From Eledone cirrhosa (Eukaryota), in contig OZ024742.1 in the NCBI GenBank assembly GCA_964016885.1, forward strand, positions 359,662,001-359,726,000: a DNA stretch of 64,000 nt, written 5' to 3'. The notes under the pieces are model-generated. The model worked only from the letters and a program-made list of their open reading frames with translations. It made no database searches and was not told where the DNA came from. Made by a program: the position numbers and the translations under genes. Shown here in pieces: positions 43,901 through 56,630 of the stretch (positions within the stretch are counted from its first letter, which is position 1; every line of letters begins with the position of its first letter).

Positions 43901-44371
43901 ATCCGCTAATCCCACACAGTTCCAGCGTGCATCTAAGATCCCGTTCCAGTCGCCCACTAACACTAAAGAGCGGGACGTTCCAAGAAAGGTCTCCAGACGC
44001 CGGAAGAAATCAGGCCGCCCTGCTCCTGTCGGGGCATAGACGGCCACTAGCCCGAAAGCTTGCCCGTCTCCGCTGGTCACATCCAGCATCACCAACTTAC
44101 CTTCTGGGTCCAGGAAGATGGCCCGTATGGCGAGATCCAAACCTCTCCGAAAAAGCACAGCAACTCCTCCCCCCGATCCAGGACGGCTGGGAGATGCGTA
44201 CACATCGTAGCCGCCGAGGATCGGTGCGAAGGCCCGTGCTTCGGAGATTCTGGTTTCGCTGATGGCCACTACATCTATGTTTAGTGACCTGAGGTCGTTG
44301 AGCAGGTGGCCCTGCTTCCATGACGACCCCAAGCCACGCGCATTTATGCTGATTATTCTGAGTGATGTCAT
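40968..44371 (-). pseudogene. Tx1-A ORF2 (AP endonuclease, reverse transcriptase, C-terminal Cys motif), frameshifted
   Basis: IISINARGL, ISETR, VYAP, GDWN, YLDR, DHK; KSPGLDGLP, PITLLN, DQSKAFDRVDH, RQGCPLS, AYADDV, GGLGMP. Split over at least six ORF pieces. Confidence 0.93.
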
Positions 44372-44410
44372 GTTGAAATGGAGTGGAAAAGATGGGAAAG
44401 ACCACTTACC

Positions 44411-46395
44411 TTACTTCTCATAGAGGAAGGATGGTTTGTCCATCCTTTTCACTGCTTGTGGCCTCCTCCGGAAGGATGTCCTTATAAATCCTCCTGGAGA
44501 GTGCTTTTCAGAAATCTCCGATGTCTTTGTGGAATCGTTGTTTTAGTGTCGTGTACGTTTTCTGTGTGATGCGAGTGATTTGTATGTGTGGCGGTGGTGT
44601 GAACTTTTGGGTTGTTGTGTAGTCTTTTTCTGTGATGCTGGTGTTGTGTTGGATGTAGTGTAATAATTGGTTGTTGTTTAATGCTCTGTAGTGTGTATCG
44701 TTTTAGTTGTTTTGTTTTGTTTGCGTTTGTTGTGGGTTTGTTTCTGTTTCGCTTTTTGGTGACTTTTATGGTGTTGGTGATGGTGGTGTTGGGGTTAAGG
44801 ATGGTGATGGTGATGGTGTTGGTGTTTGTGGTGATGGGGTTGGTGATGCTGGTGTGGATGGTGGCATAGCTGTCCTAACTTTTTTGTTTGATAGTTTATT
44901 TGTTTCCATCTGTATTTTGTTTTTGGAGGGTGGGGGGATTTTTTATTTTTTGGTTTCTTTTTCTTTTTTCCTTTTTTCCTGATATCGTTTCCCACTCCTC
45001 GTCGTCACAATCTGTCTCCAGTTGAGATAGGTCGGGGAGTGGAAAATCCTCCACAGGCGTTGGTTTTGGTTGTGGCATGGTGGATGGTGTAGGCGCTGGT
45101 GTTAGTTCTGACGCGTTGGGTGGTGGTGATGTTGGTTTTGCTACTGTTGCTGAGGTTGTTGCTGTTACAGTTGCTTCTGTTTCTGCTGCTACAGTTGTTG
45201 CTGCCATTTCTGCTGCTGGTGGTGTTGATGGTTGAGTCACTGGGGTGGGTAAGAGAGGTGGCCTGAACCTTTTAGCCTGAGGGCAGAAAGCCCTTAGGTG
45301 GGTTCCTTCACCACAAAAGACACACCTAGGCCTTCTACCCTCGACGATTACGATAAGGTGGCTGCCGTCAGTGAGGTCTATTACCTCTGGGATCTCCTCA
45401 ATGCGTTTTTGGTCCGCTTGGATCAGGAGCTCCATCCCAGATCCGGACCAGTTCTCCTGCTTTTCTTTCGGTATTTCGATTATTTTGGTGTTGGCTTCGA
45501 TGCCGGCGAGGACGGAGGACGGCAGCCATTAGCCAAGGAATTTCGATGTCCAGTGGAACATGGGTCACCCTGATCTTCACGAGTCTCTGGCCACAATAGC
45601 TTGGAACGGCTGTGAAGTTGTCACTTCTTAATGGGGCCATGGAGTGTTCTCTGGTCTCCTGTGGTGTTTCATAGAACACGTCCACGGTTCCATATTTCTG
45701 CCCACGTCTGATGTGGGTTTTATTTGCCCACACATGTCCCAAAGCTTTTTTGATTTGGGACTCGGATGCCCGTTCCACTCGGCGCGATTTTATGTTAATC
45801 GTCCGATAAGACACGGAGCATAGGCGCCGATGCTCCTTTTTATTAGGTGTGGGGTGGGGGTGAGGCTGACCCTGTACCCATCTTTCTTTACCATTTTTTT
45901 GGCTTCTTCTAATTCCTCCTGAGTTACCTGGAATGCTTCGCACTTTTTTGTTACTCTCGCAAAAGACAGGGTAGTTTTCTTAATTTCATTGTTGCTGTTG
46001 TTGTTATCGTTATTATTTGTTATTGTTAATTTTAGTTTCAGTTGTGGGGGGGGGGGCTGGCTTCAGTGGTGTTCGGTGTGGAAGAGGCTGGCTTCAGTGG
46101 TGTTCGGTGTGGAAGAGTTCATTTTGGTTGGATTCATTTCGATATCACGAGTTAATTTATTTTTTTCTTTTGTTTCTGTTGTCGCTGTGCTGGTGGTGGA
46201 GGTGGCGGCTTTAACACCTGCAGTCATTGGTAATGGCGGGAAATGAATGTCTGCCTGAGACAAATTTAAAATATTGCTACTGCTTATATATTTAGTGTTG
46301 GCAAACGTAGTAATATTTACAATAGTGGTGTCGGTGTGAGGTGTTAGTTTGTGAGGAAGGCTCTGAGCTACTGGGTTCAGCTGTGAGTCGGCCAT
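44411..46395 (-). pseudogene. Tx1-A ORF1 (gag-like, CCHC zinc knuckle), frameshifted
   Basis: VEGRRPRCVFCGEGTHLRAFC (CX2CX4HX4C); Pro/Thr-rich and basic C-terminal region; PSYCGQ block shared with ORF1 of element B. Confidence 0.85.
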
Positions 46396-46621
46396 GATTT
46401 TTCAAAGAAATTTTTTTTTTGTTTTATAATTATAAATGTTTAAATTTTGGGCTCAAGGCACCAATCTTTTTGAGTGTCCTTTTCAGAAAACAAGGCCCCA
46501 ATCTTTTTGAGTGTCCTTTTCACTTAACAATAAAAATTTTCCATAAATGGCAATTTTAAACAACTGAAAACAACAAACCTTTGCGGAGCTCACGATGATA
46601 CGATTTACTACGTAGGTCGCC

Positions 46622-46654
<33 letters not shown>
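46622..46654. repeat. (AAT)n tract: tail of Tx1-B and 5' flank of Tx1-A
   Basis: Direct reading. Confidence 0.9.
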
Positions 46655-46656
<2 letters not shown>

Positions 46657-46953
46657 TTTCTTTATTGGCCACAAGGGCTGACATCAAGAAAAACATTACA
46701 GACGGCACAGGACGGTACGATGTGGGTTTTGTGCGTTTAAATATTTTTATTATTTATATAGGAAAAGAAACAAAAAGGACATAGAAACATATATATATAT
46801 ATATAAACAATAAAAATGAAAATTGAAACAATGAAAAATTCCCCAATAGGGGGGAAACCTCCGAGGGTGACTCGTGGCGAAAACCACACAAAAGACCACG
46901 GCCACCCTGGCCACCAGGGCAAGCGCCCTCTCTCAATTTTTCCATTTCTCAAA

Positions 46954-49900
46954 CTACAGACGTATATTCAGAGTGGTCCCGTTCACTCGGTCCATTCTCG
47001 CTACATTCACCCACCTTTCAACAAATTTGCTAGAAGGCAGCACATGCCTCTCCACCCTGATTTTCCTCTTCAAGTGAAACTTGAAAAAGTTAATTAGGGA
47101 TTCGCTGAAGAGGAAAGTGTCTGTCTTTAACCCTTTTAACGTTGTCCACCACACAATCTCTTTCGCCATGGCCACCAGGCAGATGAAAACCGCCTGCCCT
47201 TCCTCCTAGAAGGAAGACGGCGAGACCATCTGCACAATGGACTCAGTCGACAACCGGATCAGTCCTACACGCGACAGCAACTGTTCGACATAGCTCCACA
47301 AGTCAGCAATGCTCGGGCACTGAACGAGTGCGTGCACGACGGTTTCGTCGCTCTGCGCGCATCTCGGACAGGCTCGGCTGGCGGCACTTCCGTGTCTGTA
47401 GAGCTTATCTCGAACCGGCAGCGCTCCCCGGTAGCACTGCCAGGCCAGGCATTTTTGGAAGTTATCCATAGGCCCTGGGCTGAAAGTTCTCGGGAAGAGA
47501 GCAAACAGCTGATCTTCGATGCCCAGGATCTCTCCGAGAACGTTGTCGCTCTTCCCATCCACTAGTCCTCTTTAGAAGGCCGAGGTGAATGTTCCACCGA
47601 TACTAGTGCCCAGCTGGCAGAGGGCTATCCGTCAGTTTCCAAGCGCTATCCCTCGGTCTTTTTCTGACCCAGTACTACAGCTCCGTCAAGGAGACGAGCT
47701 CTGGGAAAACGTGCCTGGCGAACGACGACCACACCAGTTCACCGTCAAGGAAGCACCAGAGATGTCGCAGCCTCAGCGCATGTTTGCGCATCATCAGCCA
47801 TGGCATGCCCAGTCCTCCACGCAACGGGTGTTGACAGCAGATGGAACGTCTGACTATGGGAGCGCGTCCCTTCCACAAAAAGCGGAAGAGGAGGCGCTCC
47901 ATTTGGGTGAGAGTTGGGCCGGGGCAAGAGACGACAGTGAGGCGGTAGCAGATGACGGATGCGAGGTACGCATTCGCCACCTCCGCCCGCCTTTCAGGGA
48001 CAGCTTCCTCTCGGCCCATTTCTGGGTGGGGAGGCCACCCTGCTCGTCGCCTCGCTCCAGTTTTTCTCCATCTGGAGGTCCGGTCCGAACCAGAACCCGA
48101 GCAATTTAACCGGTCCGTCCGTCCAACGTCCTACGACGCTGTCGGACAGCATGGACTTTCCTCTCCAGGTGCCGAGCTGCAAGCCCACCGACGTTTCATG
48201 GTTTATCTTTGCTCCTGTCACCGCTTCGTATTCCTTGAGAGCGGTGCCGAACATCTGGTCGTGTTTGCTGCTCGACACCACCAGGGTGTCGGCGTCGGCA
48301 TAAGCCGACTTGGATTTCCCGCATCCTAGTTCGCGTGGGACGCCCCTCATCGCCCCCAGTGTGTGCAGTAACGGCTCGAGAGACAATACGTACAAGAGGG
48401 ACGAGACGGGACAACCCTGGTGGACCGAGCGCATGATGTTGAACGGCTGCCACAGGTGACCGTTCACCCTCACAACTGAGCAGATGTCGCTGTACATCGC
48501 AGCGATCCAACCCCTGAAAACGGGCCCGAAACCGGCTGCCTCGAGGACCACCTTCAGGTACCGATGGTCGACTCTATCGAATGCTTTGGATTGATCCAAG
48601 TTGATCAGAGCCCCACCCGTGCCAGGTTCCTTAACTACCCCCTCTACGATGTATCGCATGAGGTGGAGGTTGTCGTGTATGGATCTGTCCGGAATGGCGC
48701 ATGTCTCCACCAGACCCTCGACGACAAGCGCCAACCTCGTTGCTAACACCTTGGCCAAAATCTTGAACTCTGCGTTTAGCAGGGTTATGGGCCTGAAGTT
48801 ATCGATAAGATCCCCCTTGTTCGGGTCTTTTCTCAGGAGCGCCACCGCTCCCCGGCTCACAAAACTTGGAATGCTCCCATTCCGCTGCCAGTTGCAGTAG
48901 ACGTCTACCAAGAGGTCACCGAACAAGTCTGGCATAAATGCATAAAGCTCGTAGGGCAGACCATCCAAACCTGGCGATTTACCCCTTGTGCAGTTAGACA
49001 TCACTTCCTGTATTTCACCGGTTGTTATTGGCTTTTCGCAACACTGTGCTGCGGACGTCGAGAGCCGAGACAGTCCGTCGAGGTATTCACTGAAGTCCAT
49101 AACCCGATCCGGCCTGCCTCTGTTCCCGAACAGATCAGTAAAGTGCTGCTGAAAAGCCTCACACATCTGCTCGGGTTCGAGTAACATGCGCCCGTTTTTG
49201 TTAGACAAAGACCGAATTGTGGCTTTGTTGCCACGTCGCGCCTCTGCCACCCAGGCCTATTGGACGGCTTTTGTCCCCTCGTGTTTCAGAGCACGCGCTC
49301 TAGTTCTGACAACGCAGCCTTCGTGTTTTTTGTTGAAAAATTGGTCGATGCCTGTCCTAAACGCCACTTCTAGCTTTCTGACTAGCTCTCCCTCTACTCT
49401 ATTTTCCTCTATCACTAGTCCTTTGCTAAACCTAATCGACTCTACTTTCATTGCCCTTTTCAGGGTGAACCACCACCTGTTGTTGACGACCGCTCCCGTC
49501 AACGCCCGCTTAACTAATACGCTAATCCTGTCTCTGTAGGCTTTGCGCACCGGGAAAGACGCGTTCAGCTTCCAGTAACCGGGTCCTTGTCTATGAAGTC
49601 TGTCTATGTCGATCTCACAGATCACAAATTTGTGGTCTGTGTAGTCGACTATTTTAAATTGTGGAAAACTTATACTAGCCTTATCTAGTTCTCTGCAGAA
49701 TACCCTATCGAGATACGATCTGGATGACCCGATGCGGTTTGTCCATGTCCACATTGGCACATTCGGGTGATCCAGTCGATACCTGTCAGACAGTTCAAAA
49801 CGTCTGAGCAGGTTGGTGAGGCTCTTGCACCCTCCTCCCCTATATACTAGCCCCACACAATCCCAGCGTGCATCCAAGATACCGTTCCAGTCGCCCACTA

Positions 49901-50297
49901 ACATTAAAGAGCGGGACTTTCCAAGAAAGGTCTCTAGACGTCTGAAGAAATCTGGCCGTCCTGCCCCAGTTGGAGCGTAGACGACTACTAGCCTGAAAGC
50001 ATTGCCTTCGCTGCCGCTCACGTCCAGCACCACCGACTTACCTTCTGGGTCTAGGAAGATGGCCCGTATGGCGAGATCCAAGCCTCTCCGAAAAAGGACG
50101 GCAACTCCTCCCCCCGATCCTGGACGGCTGAGAGATGTGTATACATCGTAGCCGCCGAAGATCGGTGCGAAGGCTCGTGCTTCGGAGATTCTAGTCTCGC
50201 TGATGGCCACCACATCTATTTTTAGTGACCTGAGGTCGTTGAGCAGGAGACCCTGCTTCCAAGATGCATTTATACTGCCTATTCTAAATACGGCCAT
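46954..50297 (-). pseudogene. Tx1-B ORF2 (APE and RT), disrupted
   Basis: ISETR, VYAP, GDWN, YLDR, TDHK, GPGYWKLN; KSPGLDGLP, DQSKAFDRVDH, HQGCPVS. Catalytic YADD is changed to YADA. C-terminal CPRC..ET..HA..QC. Confidence 0.93.
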
Positions 50298-50329
50298 GTT
50301 GGATGAGAAACGGGGAAAGTAAGAAAGGG

Positions 50330-51659
50330 TCACTTACCTTGATCGTGTGGTGAAGGGATAGTAGAACCGTCCCCTTGGCTGGTCATGGGTGTTTCCAAGA
50401 AGATGTCAGTGTATAACCTCTTGGTAACCGACCTTCTGAAGTCTCCAACTGCGTTGGGGAATTTTTGTTTTAAAAGTTTGTACTGTTCTATTTCGATATC
50501 AATGATGTTTATGTTTGTCGGGAGAGTTCTTACGTTTGGTGGGGTGTAGTAGTTTTTCCTTCCTCGAGGTCTATGATATCGGGGATAGCGTCGATACACT
50601 CCTAGTCAGTTTGTATAAGCATTTGCATGCCTATATCTGACCAATTCTCTCTCCCTATTTTCTCTACTTGCAGCATGGTCATCCTGTCCTCGATTCCATC
50701 AAAATGGGCACGTCGGGTGGGACCTGGGTCACTTTGACCCTCACAATTTTCTGCCCGCAGTAGGAGGGCACCAAGACTATCTCCTCACCCTTTGGGGTTT
50801 GCAAAGAGTGAGACTTCGCTTCTTGGGGGGTGACGAAAAGTACGTCTAGTGTGGCGTACTTTCTGCCTCTGCCTCCGGTGATGTGGGTTTTGCGCACCCA
50901 GACGCACCCCAAGGCCTTTTGGATTTGAGCCTCTGTGGCTCTCTCCACCCGATGTGATATTTTGCTACGGACGGTGACTTACCTCACTGTCCGTAGCTGC
51001 TGGTCCTTGAAAAAATCGAGTGGAGGTTTCAGGGAAACTCTATTGGCGTTTCTTGTCACCATGTCCCTTGTGACTGCCATCTCCTCCTCTGTGACTAACA
51101 CTGTTTCGATATTTCAGGCGACACCTGCAAAAGAAGTGGTCCCTTTTTCAGCGGCACCACTATTGCTGCCGCTACTGGTCTTGTTGGTGGTGCTGAGATC
51201 GCTGTTACAGGTATCGATCTCATTGTTGATGTTTTCGTTGGTACTGTTGTTGGTGTTGTTGTTGTTGTTTTCGTTGATACTGTTGCGGTTGTTACTGTTA
51301 TTGTGGATGTTGTTATTATTGTTGTTTTTGTTGATACTGTTCCTACTATTATTGCTGTCGTGGCTGTTGTTATTGTCATTGTTATTGTCGTTCTCGACCT
51401 TACTGCTCTTATTTTTGTTGTTGCTGTTGTTATTGGAGGTGTTGTTGTTGATGCTATTGTTGGTGTTGTTTGTGTTAGAAATATTTGGTAATTTTAAATC
51501 TGTAAGAATATCATTAAAAATGCTATTGTTCCTCTTTTCCTTCGTAATGTTTTCTTTTATATTTACCTTCGCTAGAACGCTGTCTTGTTGATATGTTGAC
51601 AAACTCTTCCTCACTCTGTGTTGTCTGACAGCGCTCTCTTTCTTTCTTGTGTTATCCAT
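50330..51659 (-). pseudogene. Tx1-B ORF1 remnant with an Asn-rich N-terminus
   Basis: ERATEAQIQKALG.VW..KTHI...KYATLDV...TPQE...PSYCGQK.V is homologous to Tx1-A ORF1; zinc-knuckle region not seen. Confidence 0.75.
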
Positions 51660-52437
51660 GTTGAAAGAATTTTTTTTTTTTAAATAATATTTTTACACAA
51701 TACGACACCCCGTAAAGGGGTGCCGTATTATTTACGAATGAACCCCTGAATTAGCTGGGTCACTTCTTCTAAACTTTTATCAAATTTAAAACTTGAATAA
51801 AAGGTTTAGAACGGTTGAAAACGAGGTAAACTGTTGAAAACAAACTGGAGGCGATAATAATAACAATAATAATAATAATAATAACAATAATAATAATAAT
51901 AATAATAATTTAAAATGAATTCCAAACATAAGATGAATTCTCAATAGCAAATCGAAGATTGATATTACAATAGTGTAACTTAAAAGGAAATTAAAAGAAA
52001 CTTAAAAGAAAATAACTAAAGCAAAAAAAAATGTTTAAAGTATTTTCAATTCCGTGTAATTAGAAATACGTAAATATTTGTTAAATATTATTTGGCAATA
52101 CGTTGAAAGTAAAAACGAGTAAACAATTTCGTTGAGGACATGGGAAGTTTCTGCTCTTTCTGTTATTTCTCGTGATAATGATGCTTTCGTCACTCATCGC
52201 TTGTCTTTGTTTCAGGGCTAGATGTTGATCAGTTGATGGGAGCACTGCCTTGTTTCTGCTGTAGTACATAGGATAAGGGAGAGTAATGTGTCTGTCTATG
52301 TAGTGTAGGTGGTTGTATTGTGTTTATGTGTTTATGTGTGCTTGCATATATATATATATATATAAGTTAAAACAAAAGATAACGAAGAGTGCAGTACAAA
52401 GTGTTAGTATTAGGTTCACGCTTGAGAGTGGGGGTGG

Positions 52438-52472
52438 GGGCGACGTTTCGGGCATAAGCTCTTCATCAGGAG
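52438..52472 (-). ncRNA. Minimal PLE-type hammerhead motif with decayed stems, in an orphan PLE 3'-end fragment
   Basis: CCTGATGAAGAGCTTATGCCCGAAACGTCG; followed downstream on the minus strand by a short tail and (TA)n. Confidence 0.6.
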
Positions 52473-52573
52473 CAAAGTGGGGAGGAAAAGAGTTCCGAGG
52501 GTGTCAGGGGGAGTGGTGGAAAGACATTAAAAGGGAGGGGGGATGAGGGGAAAGAAAAAAATTAAGAGGGTAA

Positions 52574-52604
<31 letters not shown>

Positions 52605-52611
52605 ATATATA

Positions 52612-52688
52612 CAGGGTGTCCCAAAAGAATGTGTACATATATTTATTTGAATGCTGTTGAAGAGTGTATACATTTTTGGGACACCTTG
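52612..52688. mobile_element. 77-bp Tc1/mariner-type MITE
   Basis: TA-CAGGGTGTCCCAAAAGAATGTGTACA ... TGTATACATTTTTGGGACACCTTG-TG; imperfect ~25-bp terminal inverted repeats. Confidence 0.75.
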
Positions 52689-52693
52689 TGTAT

Positions 52694-52697
<4 letters not shown>

Positions 52698-52777
<80 letters not shown>

Positions 52778-52784
52778 TGTGTGT

Positions 52785-52815
<31 letters not shown>
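52698..52815. repeat. (TG)n microsatellite
   Basis: Direct reading. Confidence 0.95.
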
Positions 52816-52820
<5 letters not shown>

Positions 52821-53363
52821 TAAATATCAAGAAATGTCTAGTGAAGTAAGTTTAAAGTACAAAAGCACTGTACTGTATTGATTGTCGAAGAAATATCTAC
52901 TTCGACATCCACAGCAAAAGAGAAACGATATTGTGAAAAAACAAATATACTTATTCAATCATCAAAGTACTCCAAATTACTAATGAGTCTCTTCAATACT
53001 AAAGACTTTAATTACTTCCATCTATTTGTCTTTGTATATTTATCAATTTATTTATTTCTAATATTCTCCTGCACAGACTATGAAAAGTTGTTTTCGTGTG
53101 AGCATTCCATTTGCACACAACACAGCATGAATCAACAAGGAAATATACTCCATTGCTTGATAGTCACATATATGATTGTAAATAGCTTTTCAGATATTTA
53201 ATCTGTAAGTGTATTGAATGAAGACAAATGTCGCTTGTATGTCTATATGAAGGTTGATCAATTAAAACAGAAAGAATTTATACAGAATTTATATAATGTA
53301 CTGAAGTAGTGAAAGGTAATATACACTCAGCACAATTATACATGCTTTGTTTTATATATATAT

Positions 53364-53470
<107 letters not shown>

Positions 53471-53759
53471 CCTGGTATGTTTATATACATTTTTTTCTTC
53501 TAACTTTAATTTTATACCTAATTGTGTATGGTTGGCGATATATTTAATCGATTTCCACGTGCTATTGAAATGGTGGGTAAATGTTCTATAGCTGTTGATC
53601 GCGAATAGATGGCTGTCGTTTATTTATCTATTATTTCTTCATAGGTGCCTTTTAATCTTATAGCTTGGTTTAATTGGTATTTTGTGTGGTTGATTATGCT
53701 GATTAGGAGAGGAGATGGTGTATATATCTTATCAAATGATTCTATGGACATAATTTATA

Positions 53760-53797
<38 letters not shown>

Positions 53798-54011
53798 GCA
53801 TGCGCACACGTATAGCTCTATATACAAAACGGTTTTTTTTCCTTTCAGATAGACGCGCCCCATCATCCACTTTTCTAAAAAAATAAATCATACACAAAAC
53901 GCCAGCATCAACAGTTTTCCAAGAGATGGCAACCTGAATGGACCTGTTATATTTCTCTTTTCTCCGATTCCGCCCCGCTCGTCCCTTCAATCTTTCTAAT
54001 TTCTCATTCTT

Positions 54012-54047
54012 TCTTCTGATGAACGACTAATGTCCGAAACGTTAAAA
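54012..54047 (+). ncRNA. Minimal PLE-type hammerhead motif, decayed
   Basis: TTCTGATGAACGACTAATGTCCGAAACGTTAAAA; stem II GAC-TAAT-GTC and palindromic AACGTT stem III. Confidence 0.55.
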
Positions 54048-54129
54048 CCCTCTTCTTGCTTTCCCAGGCGTTAAACCTAATATATTCCTTCCATATACTG
54101 AATGTGTTGTTATTTCCGTTTACCTTTTA

Positions 54130-54186
<57 letters not shown>

Positions 54187-54233
54187 CAAAGGAATTGTGG
54201 TAAGGAACCAGATGGACCATAACGCACCAGAGT

Positions 54234-54408
54234 ACTAAATACTTAGGGTAGTAGAGTGGGAAATAGGAAAAAGTATGACCCCGACGGCAGAGCTCAAGCC
54301 GTTTCGACGGCTATTTCTGGACCAGAAATAGCCGTCGAAACGGCTTGAGCTCTGCCGTCGGGGTCATACTTTTTCCTATTTCCCACTCTACTACTCTAAG
54401 TATTTAGT
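54234..54408. repeat. Near-perfect palindrome with 87-bp arms and a 1-nt centre (54321)
   Basis: Arms are reverse complements with one mismatch (CTTAGGGTAG vs CTTAGAGTAG). Confidence 0.95.
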
Positions 54409-54739
54409 GGTCTCCCCGGTCTCAGCACCAGAGACTCTATACATGTATATATATATATATGTGTGTATGTGTGTATGTGTGTGTGTGTGGGGTGGGGTGG
54501 GGGGGGGGGGCTGTGTATGTTGATGTGTTTGTGTGTCATAGAAATAAGAATATGTTATATCAAGACGACTGTATAAATGTAAAGATCGATAACTCCTGGT
54601 GATGTCGTAGGGATGTCTTCGTAACATTCCACTTGTCTTCAGTTGACCGATCCTCTCTCCAGGCTGGAACACATGCGATTTCTTCCAGTGAAGGCGAGGG
54701 ATTCGGAGAGACAATGAGAAAGAGATGATATATAGAGAG

Positions 54740-54880
54740 AGAATCGATTCCAGTCTTGAACTGGTACTTTATTTATCGACCTAAAATGGATGAAAAGGAA
54801 AGTTGACCTCAAATTTGAACACGGAGAGCAGAGAACTGGAACGAATACCACAAAACCTTCTATCCGACGCTCTAACGACT
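54740..54880 (-). mobile_element. Diverged SINE of a related family
   Basis: CTGGTACTTTATTTATCGACC...GGATGAAAAGGAAAGTTGACCTC..ATTTGAAC...CCGACGCTCTAACGA. Confidence 0.65.
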
Positions 54881-54881
54881 A

Positions 54882-55090
54882 TGGTGGATTGGCAAAGGGT
54901 GGTAGATTGGCAGTATCGGTAGAGGGTCTGACGCCATGCTTTGCAGCAAAGAGTTACGGCCCTTTATGGTTTGAGTTCAAATCCTGCCGAGGTTAACTTT
55001 GCCTTTCATCCTTACGGGGTCGATAAAATAAAGTACCAGTAATGCACTGGGATAATTGCTGGCCTTGTGCCAAAAGTAGAAACAATTATT
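54882..55090 (+). mobile_element. Full-length SINE with a duplicated 5' head
   Basis: TGGTGGATTGGCA followed by TGGTAGATTGGCAGTATCGGTAG; B box GAGTTCAAATCC; core; ATTATT tail. Confidence 0.9.
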
Positions 55091-56630
55091 ATATAAAATT
55101 GCTATTATGTGTGATTTGCGCGGTAACTGTTATAATTACTGGGTCTTCTACTGCAAAGTGTTATTTATGGGGCTCAAACATCTACCTGAAGACTTTCTAC
55201 CTACAACAGAAACGACCGAGAGAAGACCCTTTTCCAATTCGCCGCCACACAATCAGATAAATCATGGGAAATACAATAAAAGCAGAGAAAATGTATAAAT
55301 TATATAATGAACATTTTCACTCTCCAAGTAAATTTCTACCTACTAGAAATATAAAAATTTCATTTCATGAAATAAATGAAAATTACGCTAAACACATGAA
55401 AAGACATTAAAGAAAAGTACATTTCTATAATGCAACCAATTAGATTCGATTCAACCACTTTAAATGTCAGATCTTAAACTTGTCTTCATTAATTTCATTA
55501 TATATATTCTCTATTGTTCCTACTATTTTACTAATATTGTTATATTCTATTGCATCAGTAGGACGTATGGTGAGCTCTTCCAATTAAACCTAATGAAGCG
55601 CGGTGTCCAGTGGCCACTTTCTATTTGCGTTGATGACACTCTAAATAAAACAGGAACATTATAAATCTTCTCTTGTATATATCTATATCTTTGTATTTAT
55701 GTAAATAATAAATTGAAATCGCAATTCAAAATGACTGCCACACAATTATTTACTATCTCTTTATTCATAAATTCTTATATATTTAGGTTTTTGACAAAGA
55801 AGTTAACAAATATTTTCGTAAACTGAACATTACAAAATATGTATTTCTCCACAGTTTAAGTAGTTTGAATTTCATTCTTCAGATCTCTTTGATAATTCAA
55901 ATTATGAGGCTGAAACTTTCTATACACATCCACCGTCTTGGGAGTAATGCTTATAACTTATAGCATATTACAAAGAACGTTAAAGAGTATCGGATTTAGT
56001 TGTTTCATTTGGTTCCATTCGTGTTCTTATATCGAGGATTCCTTTCCATAGATAAAGATAAATCTTGGCGCTGATCCAGAAATATCAATCTTTCTTAAAT
56101 TCCCAAATGTAGGACAGAAATACGAGCAGCCAAGTTTTCGTTACATTGTCTTTAGCTATACATCTTTCAGTAAATATATTCACCGCGTTCTATAAAATAA
56201 AACGTTTCCTCCGAGAAGTACCATGGAAGGTTTTAGATAATTTTTTTAAACGATATCCGACTAGAAATATGACAACTTTAATTATACAGTTGTATGTAAC
56301 TTGGTAATCTATATTTGTTGAATCAAAGGTCAAGCTTTGAATTTGGAACAAATTCTTTTGTAAATATAATATAACTATGAAGGGAAGTCAAGACACTATT
56401 TCAATAAAACTGAGATGCTGTATTTCTTTAAGAATGTGCTTGGTCACTTATGTTTGTCTATTAAGGTTGTATTAAATATGATTACATAGGTAACACTTAT
56501 ATTTGAAGTATATTTGAAACTATTGGTAATTCAAAGTATTAATGTGAATGTTTTTGTTGATATAAGATACATTCATTGTAGTGCATAATGTTGTTAACTA
56601 ATTATATTACGTTAGTAATACTAAGTAAAG

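Larger units (their letters stand above)
40712..46621 (-). mobile_element. Tx1-clade non-LTR retrotransposon A, near full length and decayed
   Basis: 5' UTR, ORF1 with zinc knuckle, ORF2 with APE-RT-Cys domains, and 3' end CCCTTGTGGTTAATAAAGAAAGCATTATT. Confidence 0.9.
46655..51853 (-). mobile_element. Tx1-clade non-LTR retrotransposon B (related subfamily), decayed, with a partly deleted ORF1
   Basis: Same architecture as A. 3' end CCCTTGTGGCCAATAAAGAAATC(ATT)n; the 5' end abuts (AAT)n at 51854-51909. Confidence 0.9.

Noticed and set aside
50935-51591. Leu-rich 218-aa membrane-like ORF on the + strand
   Set aside because: Antisense reading of the (AAC)-rich Tx1 ORF1 region.
40712-51853. 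Active LINEs or a domesticated RT gene
   Set aside because: Multiple frameshifts and stops in both copies; copy B has YADA at the RT active site.
55185-55225. CTGAAGA...GAAAC as a hammerhead
   Set aside because: The intervening bases cannot form stem II, and there is no valid stem III or cleavage triplet.
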